NCBI GenBank assembly: GCA_964595665.1
Contig: CAZQQS010000002.1
Location: forward strand, 1-32,000
DNA: 32,000 nt
Reading direction: 5' to 3'
Source: an uncultured archaeon
GTDB lineage: Archaea > Iainarchaeota > Iainarchaeia > Iainarchaeales > 0-14-0-20-30-16
Below the pieces are notes generated by a model that was not told the DNA's origin, did no database searches, and saw only the letters and a program-made list of their open reading frames with translations. Numbering within the stretch: the stretch's first letter is position 1; each line of letters begins with the position of its first letter. Both the position numbers and the translations under genes were made by a program. Shown piece by piece: positions 25,112 to 32,000 of this stretch.

Positions 25112-25705
25112 CTAATAAGAAGAAAATAGAATCTCACATTTTTCCATTTTTTTATAAAATTCGTAATCTTGTGTTTGTTCTTTACTATAAAATATTGCTA
25201 AATCTAAACCTTCCCAAGCAAAAAACCAACCCGCTGGTTCCATAACTATTAATAAAAACGCTAAAAAATAACTTGTATTTCCATAATTTACTAATAAATA
25301 AGTTGCCATAAATAATAAACAAACTCCAATAACTATAAATGAAATTCCTTTTTTAATTATTTTTTTTCGCTCTTTTTTTTGCATACGATAATGCTTTACA
25401 AAGTGCTCATGCAACCTTTTCGTTATTATTTCTTCTTCTTCCGAATCTCTTAATTTTTCATCAATTAATAAATTCAAATGATAATTATCTAATACAGTAT
25501 ATCTTAAAGCTCGTTTAGATTCTTCCAAAAAATCTTGAGATAGTGCTCTTTGAGAATTTGGCCTAGGATCAAAATCAGAAAATACATCGTCATAAGAATC
25601 TAACCACAAACTAATTTCTGATTTTTTTAATAATTCAGTTCTTTGCTTTTCAAAATTGGTCTGAATATTTTGTCTATTTAATAAAGTTTGATTCTTAATA
25701 ACCAT
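25112..25705 (-). CDS. Hypothetical membrane protein (cytoplasmic N-domain plus 2 C-terminal TM)
   Basis: SLWLDSYDDVFSDFDPRPNSQRALSQDFLEE looks like a conserved acidic motif. Two TM helices lie near the C-terminus. No confident family assignment. Confidence 0.5.
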   Translation of the reverse strand: MVIKNQTLLNRQNIQTNFEKQRTELLKKSEISLWLDSYDDVFSDFDPRPNSQRALSQDFLEESKRALRYTVLDNYHLNLLIDEKLRDSEEEEIITKRLHEHFVKHYRMQKKERKKIIKKGISFIVIGVCLLFMATYLLVNYGNTSYFLAFLLIVMEPAGWFFAWEGLDLAIFYSKEQTQDYEFYKKMEKCEILFSSY

Positions 25706-25752
25706 AATAAAAATACAATAACATTAATATATATCTTTCTTTTTAATATTTT

Positions 25753-26925
25753 GTGCTTTATTTTATTGCTTTTGGCACTTTATTAGGATTGATTTTTGGT
25801 ATTATTTCTGGATTAATCCCAGGCCTACATATTAATTCAATAATTTATTTAATTTCAGAATTACCTTTAAATTTAGAAATAAATGCTATAACAATAATTA
25901 TTTCTTCAATTATCTTTAGTTTCTTAAGTATTTTACCATCAACAATATTGTCTATTCCAAATAATGATAATTTTATTGCTGTTTTACCTGCACAAAAAAT
26001 GTATTTAAAAGGTAAGGGTTTTGAAGCAATAATGCTTTATTTAAAAGGTGCAAAATATTCTTTAATTTATGGTTTGCCAGTAATCATTTTATTTTTAGTT
26101 TTATTACCTTATTTGCCAAACTCTTTAAAAATTATAACTCCAATAATATTAATTTTAAGCATAATTTTTTTATTTTTTAACACAAAAAATCATTTTGGAT
26201 ATTTGATAATAATTTTTGCGGGATTGATTGGATATTTATCTATGAATTATTTTACTTTGCAAAATCCTTTGTTACCATTAATCTCTGGATTATTTGGATT
26301 CAGTTCATTAATATTTATTCTAAAAGAAAATGTATTGTATATAAAACAAAAAATAACTTTTCCGAATATTTCAAAATATACAAAAATAAAAATTGGAATA
26401 ATTGCTCCGAGTTTATCAATAATAGTATCATTATTTCCCGGATTAGGAAATGGTTTTGCAACTTATTTTGGTTCAAAAATTTCTAATTTAAAAGATGAAG
26501 AATATATAATTTTAAATGGAGGAATTTCAACATTGGTAATGGTTTTATCTTTTTTTGTAGTTTATGTTTTAAACAAATCAAGAACTGCATCAGCAGTATT
26601 CTTCAAAGATTTTGCTCAAAACACAATAATTTATAATTATTATTTAATAATTGGACTAATTATTTTAAGCTGTTTATTTGGTTATTTTATTACAAAAATT
26701 TTGGCTGAAAAAATCTTGTTGCGCACCACAAAAATAAATACTAAAAAAATTAGTTATTTTTTAATTGTTTTTTTGCACATATTAGTATTAATATTTTCAG
26801 GATATATTGGAATATTAGTTTTTTGGATTTCAAGCTTAATTGGTTACCTATGCATAATATCTAAAAATCCCAGAATATTATTGTTATCTTGTATAATTAT
26901 TCCTGTATTGATTTACTTTATTTAA
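25753..26925 (+). CDS. Polytopic membrane protein, possibly TctA/DUF112-like
   Basis: It has about 10-11 TM segments. Repeated G-x-I/F-P-G-L motifs (SGLIPGLHIN, LFPGLGNGFATYFG) recall DUF112/TctA. The start is GTG. Confidence 0.45.
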   Translation: MLYFIAFGTLLGLIFGIISGLIPGLHINSIIYLISELPLNLEINAITIIISSIIFSFLSILPSTILSIPNNDNFIAVLPAQKMYLKGKGFEAIMLYLKGAKYSLIYGLPVIILFLVLLPYLPNSLKIITPIILILSIIFLFFNTKNHFGYLIIIFAGLIGYLSMNYFTLQNPLLPLISGLFGFSSLIFILKENVLYIKQKITFPNISKYTKIKIGIIAPSLSIIVSLFPGLGNGFATYFGSKISNLKDEEYIILNGGISTLVMVLSFFVVYVLNKSRTASAVFFKDFAQNTIIYNYYLIIGLIILSCLFGYFITKILAEKILLRTTKINTKKISYFLIVFLHILVLIFSGYIGILVFWISSLIGYLCIISKNPRILLLSCIIIPVLIYFI

Positions 26926-26962
26926 TAGAAATGTATTTTAATACTTTGTGATATAATTAAAT

Positions 26963-27277
26963 ATGGACTCAGAATCAAAAAAGAACTTTATTATATTTTT
27001 GCAAAAAAATCCTAAATTATTCTCTATTGCAAAATCAGAATTGTGCATTTCGTTATTGCGATTCTTACAAGAAAGGGGTTTGTCTGTAAATGATTTTAAA
27101 GATACTGAATTTGGTTATTTGAAAAATGAAGACTTAAAAACATTATTAGAGTTGTTATATGATTTAAGACTTTTAGAAAAACATCAAATAATTGGAAAAG
27201 AAATTTATTACACAAATAACAATACAAACGATTTTTTAGAAGTATATGATTCAACAAAAAAACAATATGATTTGTGA
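26963..27277 (+). CDS. Hypothetical small protein (winged-helix-like?)
   Basis: A 104-aa soluble ORF whose stop overlaps the start region of the next gene. I recognise no motif. Confidence 0.4.
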   Translation: MDSESKKNFIIFLQKNPKLFSIAKSELCISLLRFLQERGLSVNDFKDTEFGYLKNEDLKTLLELLYDLRLLEKHQIIGKEIYYTNNNTNDFLEVYDSTKKQYDL

Positions 27278-27282
27278 TATTT

Positions 27283-27885
27283 ATGGTTAAAGAAACTTTA
27301 GAAGATGTAAGATTTAAAATGAGCAAAGGAAGTACAATGAAGAAAATGTATGCTGCTATAGAAAATAAATATGTTGATGAAATGTTAGTTCCTTTTTTAA
27401 AAAAATTCAATAAAAAAGAAAACTATTTTACTACATCTTCATGTTGCGGAAGAATAATGTTATTGGGTTCAGATGAAGAAGAAACAAAAAAACCCCAAAT
27501 GTTTGTTGGAAAATGGCACAGAACTGTAAAATTTAATGAGCTTTATGCTATATTAGAAAAAGAAACAAAACATAAAGAAATTTGGTTAAAACAAGAATCA
27601 TTTATATTCCACATAGTTGCAAAAAATTTAGATTGTGCTAAAAAGATATTAGATTTAAAAGCAAATTATGGTATACGAAGAGGGGGAATATTTATTGTTG
27701 AAGATGGACGATATATTGTAGAATTAATTGGCTCTAATAATATAAGTATGCCTGTAAAATTTGATAATAAAATCTTACTAAACAAAAAACAATTAAAAAT
27801 AATTGTAAAAAAAGCTAATTTAAAATTAACTAAAAACTATAAAATTTTAAAAGAATTATTTAAAATATTTATGAAGGAATTATAA
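27283..27885 (+). CDS. taw3: tRNA wyosine-derivative methyltransferase Taw3 (TYW3 family)
   Basis: The TYW3 signature FTTSSCCGRIMLLG is present, followed by WLKQESFIFHIVAKNLDCAKKILDLKANYGIRRGGIF...VELIGSNNISMPV. Confidence 0.75.
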   Translation: MVKETLEDVRFKMSKGSTMKKMYAAIENKYVDEMLVPFLKKFNKKENYFTTSSCCGRIMLLGSDEEETKKPQMFVGKWHRTVKFNELYAILEKETKHKEIWLKQESFIFHIVAKNLDCAKKILDLKANYGIRRGGIFIVEDGRYIVELIGSNNISMPVKFDNKILLNKKQLKIIVKKANLKLTKNYKILKELFKIFMKEL

Positions 27886-28827
27886 TCTTAAATTTCTAGT
27901 TATTTTTGCCATTCGTCTTTTTCTTTGTCCTTTTTTGCCAGAATTATATTTTAATGTTGGTTTTCCATTTTCCGAAGATCCAATTATTTTATCTCCTGTA
28001 CGTTTTAAAAGTCTTTGCGTTGCAAAAGTTTTTACTGAAGGAATACCATATTCTGATAAAATTATTAAATCTTGAATTGTTAAATCGGGCCTTTTTTCTA
28101 CAGCATTTAAATTACCATATCCAAAATTCTTAGAAGTACAAAATCTTAAAAATTCTTGTTTAGAAGCAAATTTTGGATTTGAATATAATATATTAATTAA
28201 TGCATCTTTTATAAAGATATTTGGTGCGTCTTTTATTGCCTCAAATATTTCTCCATATGTAAAATCAGATCTATTAGCTATTGCATAAATCGCACCAAAA
28301 GATATTTCTTGTTTAGGATTGAGAATTAAATCAAAAAGACTTTTCTTAGAAAAATCTGATTTTGATCCTAATAAAATTGTGGCATTTCCTAAAATTAAAG
28401 GATCAATTTCTTTTTGTAAGATTCTTAAAAAAAATGATTTTGGTAATTCAGGAATTAAAATCTTTTTAGTATATATATTCTCTAACCTAAAATAAATTCT
28501 TTCAAATTCTGAAAATTTATTTTGCTTTAAAATTTCTTTTAACAATCTAGAAAATGCATTTTTAACTGTATCTTTATATATACAAAATCCTCTTTTTTCA
28601 AAAGCTAAGGCTAAATTAGCATATAATTTTAATGGATCTTTAATGTGTATTAAACCATTTAATATTACACTTGTAGCTTCAATTAATTCATACCTGTATT
28701 TAACATCAGTTTTATTTTTTGGATCTAAAGCCAAAGATTCTAAAACAATATTTATTGTTTCTTCTACAGTTTTGCCTTTTGGCAATTCTTTTTCTAAAAT
28801 ATAATTCTCTAAAAAAGTTAAAGTCAT
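27880..28827 (-). CDS. Hypothetical helical-repeat protein with a strongly basic C-terminal tail
   Basis: A 315-aa soluble ORF ending GKKGQRKRRMAKITRNLRL. I recognise no motif. Confidence 0.45.
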   Translation of the reverse strand: MTLTFLENYILEKELPKGKTVEETINIVLESLALDPKNKTDVKYRYELIEATSVILNGLIHIKDPLKLYANLALAFEKRGFCIYKDTVKNAFSRLLKEILKQNKFSEFERIYFRLENIYTKKILIPELPKSFFLRILQKEIDPLILGNATILLGSKSDFSKKSLFDLILNPKQEISFGAIYAIANRSDFTYGEIFEAIKDAPNIFIKDALINILYSNPKFASKQEFLRFCTSKNFGYGNLNAVEKRPDLTIQDLIILSEYGIPSVKTFATQRLLKRTGDKIIGSSENGKPTLKYNSGKKGQRKRRMAKITRNLRL

Positions 28828-28837
28828 AATAATATTG

Positions 28838-28879
28838 TATTATAAAAATTTAAAAAGAGATTTAGCAAAAGCTAAATCT
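28838..28879 (-). terminator. Hairpin plus T-tract terminator candidate after the aCPSF1 gene
   Basis: A perfect 9-bp stem with a 4-nt loop, AGATTTAGC-AAAA-GCTAAATCT (28858-28879), overlaps the TAG stop. On the minus strand it is followed by CTCTTTTTAAATTTTTATA. Confidence 0.4.
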
Positions 28880-30770
28880 ATCGAATTCTTAAACATTCTA
28901 AATTTTTAGGTGCATAACAAGATATTCCAAATTTAGATGAAATATACTTTGCAAAGCCAACACTTTTTTCTTCTTCACCATGATCTAAATAAATTCTTTT
29001 AGGCATTGGATTTAAATTCTTAATATATGCCATTAATTGATTTCTATCACTATGTCCAGAAAATCCTTCAATAGTTACTACTTCCATATTTACTGGAATT
29101 CTTTTTAATTTGCCATTGCTATCTGTGATAGTTATTTCTTCGATTCCTTCTTGCAATCTTCTTCCTATTGAACCTTGAGATTGATAACCTACAAAAATTA
29201 AAGTGTTATTTTTATTTTCTGCAAATTTATGCAATAATTCTACTGATGCACCACCAACTAACATACCAGATGTTGCTAAGAAAACATTTCCAGTTGTTTT
29301 AGAGACTTCTTCCAATTCATTTTTAGATGCAATATCCTTAAATATTGGACAACTAAATGGAGAATTATTTTGTAATACTCTACGCTTTAAATTATCTTTA
29401 AAGTAATCTGGATATACAGTATGTATTGCACAAACTTCTTTAATAATTCCTGCCAAATAAACATTGTTAGCCAACAATTTTTTTCTTCTATAATATTCTT
29501 CTAAAACTAACATTACTTCTTGACTTCTTCCAACACCAAAAACTGGAATTAAAACATTTCCACCTTTTTTTATTGTGTTATTAATTACATCTATTAACCT
29601 ATCTTCAGAAATATTTCTTTGTGGCATAATATCATTATTTCCACCATAAGTACTTTCTAAAATTAATGTTTCTAATCTAGGATATTTTTGTTCCAAATTA
29701 TTAAACAATCTTGTAAAACCAAATTTTAAATCTCCAGAATACATTAAATTATGCGCACCATCACCAATGTGTAAATGTACACTTGCTGAACCTAAAATAT
29801 GTGCTGCATTATGAAAAGTTAATCTTATATCTGGAGTAATATCAGTTACTTCTTCATATTCTCTTGTTATTACATGTTTTAACATTTCATTAACATCGCC
29901 TTCAGCATAAGGTGCATTACTACCTTCTTTTACAGCAACATTCAAATAATCGAACATTAAAATGTACATCAAATCTCTTGTTGGAGGCGTACAATAAACT
30001 GGCCCTTTGTAACCCATTCTATACAAATAAGGAACAAATGCAGCATGATCTGTGTGCGCATGTGAAATTACAACTGCATCAATATCATTTAAAGTATAAC
30101 CCATACTTTGTAATTCTGGATAAGAATCACCATTATTATTTCCAGGATTAACTCCACAATCTAAAATAATTCTTGAATTTGCAGTTTCCACTAAAATACA
30201 ACTTCTACCAACTTCTCTAAACGCACCTAATGCACAAAATCTAACCCAATCTTTTTTAGATTTCTTTTCCGCAAATATTTTTTCTGCTGCAAAAGACATA
30301 TTCTTTTTTCTTTCAGAACTATATTTGTAAATTAATCCTCTAATCTTTTTTAAATATTGACTTTCAGTAACTGATTTTCTTAATATTACAGGAGTCCATT
30401 TTGTATCGTGAATTATTTTCTTACTTGTTAATCCACCTTTGCCAATTACTAATCCTGGTTTATTTGCTTCAATTACAACTTCAGCAAAAGCAGTATCAAA
30501 ATATACTGCTGATACTCCTGCATCTTCAGGAATACTTTTCATAATAATATCTTTTGCTTCTTCTATACCCATTAATTCAGAAACATCGCTTCTAATGTTT
30601 ACTTTCTTTTTTAATGCAAAAGCTAAACTAGATATATATTTATCATCTTCATAAAATTTAGATAAATTTTTTGTATATATATAAATTTCTGGTCCTAAAA
30701 ATTCGATTTTACTTGTACTAACATCAATTAAAACTTCTTTAATTTGTTTAATAATATCTTCTTTGATCAA
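28878..30770 (-). CDS. fttA: aCPSF1/FttA: KH-domain beta-CASP metallo-beta-lactamase ribonuclease (archaeal transcription termination factor)
   Basis: The N-terminus has KH domains (LVIGKGGLTSKKI). The MBL motif is VVISHAHTDHAAFVPYLY. Beta-CASP region motifs are ESTYGG and IYLDHGEE. Length is 630 aa, and the TTG start follows GGTGA. Confidence 0.9.
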   Translation of the reverse strand: MIKEDIIKQIKEVLIDVSTSKIEFLGPEIYIYTKNLSKFYEDDKYISSLAFALKKKVNIRSDVSELMGIEEAKDIIMKSIPEDAGVSAVYFDTAFAEVVIEANKPGLVIGKGGLTSKKIIHDTKWTPVILRKSVTESQYLKKIRGLIYKYSSERKKNMSFAAEKIFAEKKSKKDWVRFCALGAFREVGRSCILVETANSRIILDCGVNPGNNNGDSYPELQSMGYTLNDIDAVVISHAHTDHAAFVPYLYRMGYKGPVYCTPPTRDLMYILMFDYLNVAVKEGSNAPYAEGDVNEMLKHVITREYEEVTDITPDIRLTFHNAAHILGSASVHLHIGDGAHNLMYSGDLKFGFTRLFNNLEQKYPRLETLILESTYGGNNDIMPQRNISEDRLIDVINNTIKKGGNVLIPVFGVGRSQEVMLVLEEYYRRKKLLANNVYLAGIIKEVCAIHTVYPDYFKDNLKRRVLQNNSPFSCPIFKDIASKNELEEVSKTTGNVFLATSGMLVGGASVELLHKFAENKNNTLIFVGYQSQGSIGRRLQEGIEEITITDSNGKLKRIPVNMEVVTIEGFSGHSDRNQLMAYIKNLNPMPKRIYLDHGEEEKSVGFAKYISSKFGISCYAPKNLECLRIR

Positions 30771-30893
30771 TAAATCACCTATTAATTTGTTTTTTGTTTT
30801 TAATTCTTAATTCTTATTTTGTTAATTATAATTTGAATGGTCTAGATTTAATTTCATTTTTTTATTTAACTCGAGAAAAAATATAAAAGAAGA

Positions 30894-31508
30894 TTATTTT
30901 CTAATAAACTCCATTCCGTGTTTATTAATAAAATATATATCAATATTTTCTCCACCAGTAAATATATCTCTTTTCTTACTTGCATTTATAGCATCACAAA
31001 CTAAAGCTATTGCTTCTTCTTTAGTCATTTTTTCTTTATATCCTTTATCTAATATACTTGTTGCAAAACTACTTCCCGAACCTATAGACACTAATTTCAA
31101 ATTATTTTGCATACCACCATAAGCATCAGTTTCTAATAATTCAGGTTTATCTACAAAACCACAAACAATAAAACCAACCATATAAGGATAATATCTATTT
31201 GAATTTAACACATTAGAGGTCAAAGTCATTAAAGCATTTGCATTCATTCTTTTATTCCTTTCATTTTCATAAATAGAGGCTTGCATTTTTAAAACTCTTA
31301 TTACTTGTTGAGCATCTCCTACAGACCCAGCAATGGCTAAAACTAAATTATTAGTTATAGGAAATAATTTTTGTACTTCTAAATTGCTTTTTGTATACCC
31401 CATAGTACTTTGTTTATCTGAAGCTAATATTACAAAGTCGTTTGTTTTTATTCCTACTATTGTAGTTCCAGATTTCAAAGCCTCTGGCTTATTCTCATCA
31501 TGAGTCAA
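30894..31508 (-). CDS. psmB: Proteasome beta subunit (with propeptide)
   Basis: The propeptide MTHDENKPEALKSG is followed by the catalytic Thr motif TTIVGIKTNDFVILASDKQST. Also present is GSGSSFATSIL. The TTG start follows AGAGGTG. Confidence 0.9.
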   Translation of the reverse strand: MTHDENKPEALKSGTTIVGIKTNDFVILASDKQSTMGYTKSNLEVQKLFPITNNLVLAIAGSVGDAQQVIRVLKMQASIYENERNKRMNANALMTLTSNVLNSNRYYPYMVGFIVCGFVDKPELLETDAYGGMQNNLKLVSIGSGSSFATSILDKGYKEKMTKEEAIALVCDAINASKKRDIFTGGENIDIYFINKHGMEFIRK

Positions 31509-31580
31509 AAGAACACCTCTAAATAAAAATCAAAATTAGATAAATAATACAGAACCAAAAAGTATATAAAGGTTTTTTAC

Positions 31581-32000
31581 TTATCCGGCGCCTCCGCCTC
31601 CACCACCGCCCCCTCCAGATGAACCTCCAGAAAATCCAGAAGCCCCAGAATTTGCCATTGCAGAAGAAAAGGCATTACTAAAATCACTATTTATACTTGC
31701 CAAATCCGAAACACTTATTGAACCAACAACAAATATAGTTGAATTTGTTTTTCCAGTATAATTCTCAAAAACTAATTTCATATTTTTTTGTACTTTTTTA
31801 GCTACTCCTAAAGGAATAGCATAAACCAAATATCTTTCCCATAATTTTATATCCATAATTTCTTTGTTATTAAAATCTGAAAAGTGATTTAAATATTTTT
31901 TTAATGCATTCCATTTAGAATATTGTAAATCTGTTTCCAAATCGAATTTTATAAAAAATTTCTTTACGAAAAACAAAGGTATTAAAAATACAAAATAAAT
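31581..32000 (-). CDS. C-terminal part of a DUF2207-like membrane protein with a poly-Gly tail (partial; continues past the right edge)
   Basis: WERYLVYAIPLGVAKKV and the tail SGASGFSGGSSGGGGGGGGGAG are typical of DUF2207 C-termini. The frame stays open upstream to position 32000 (..IILYFLIP..), so the track's TTG at 31976 is not the true start. Confidence 0.6.
   Translation of the reverse strand: MYFVFLIPLFFVKKFFIKFDLETDLQYSKWNALKKYLNHFSDFNNKEIMDIKLWERYLVYAIPLGVAKKVQKNMKLVFENYTGKTNSTIFVVGSISVSDLASINSDFSNAFSSAMANSGASGFSGGSSGGGGGGGGGAG

Noticed and set aside
31584-31640. A sharp GC-rich island (CCGGCGCCTCCGCCTCCACCACCGCCCCCTCC) at the 3' end of a gene. I considered foreign DNA or a structured RNA.
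   Set aside because: It simply encodes the poly-Gly/Ser tail typical of DUF2207-family proteins, with Gly codons on the minus strand.
1-32000. A whole-window scan for CRISPR arrays, transposases or integrases, long direct or inverted repeats, and rRNA genes.
   Set aside because: None was seen. The only clear repeat is the 57-bp tandem duplication inside rpl10e.

Overview
The window is a very AT-rich (clearly over 70% A+T by eye), densely coding stretch of an archaeal chromosome. Archaeal hallmarks are Orc1/Cdc6, RNA polymerase subunit K, ribosomal protein L10e (uL16), the proteasome beta subunit, membrane-inserted LonB, the KH/beta-CASP factor aCPSF1, a class I CCA-adding enzyme and Taw3. 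The small overlapping genes, GGTGA/GAGG-type Shine-Dalgarno sites, many uncharacterised membrane proteins and lack of biosynthetic genes suggest a reduced-genome, DPANN-like lineage; that placement is inference. I found no rRNA, CRISPR array, transposase, integrase or other mobile element.

Four things stand out:
- A translationally coupled operon of four type IV pilin-like (class III signal peptide) proteins at 16224-17630. It is led by a soluble coiled-coil protein and converges on a minimal archaeosortase/exosortase-family gene. No pilus ATPase, platform protein or prepilin peptidase lies in the window.
- A Nob1-type PIN nuclease domain fused in frame to the CCA-adding enzyme, transcribed divergently from RNase Z.
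- A membrane-anchored protein whose C-terminal 230 aa look like a porin-type amphipathic beta-barrel.
- An RsmF-type RNA m5C methyltransferase split into two frames exactly at an A6 run.

Smaller points are an L10e with a Lys/Ala/Pro-rich tail built on a 57-bp tandem repeat, a tight LonB-stomatin pair without NfeD, and an rpoK gene missing from the ORF track.

All coordinates and motif calls were made by hand from the sequence and the ORF track. No searches were run.
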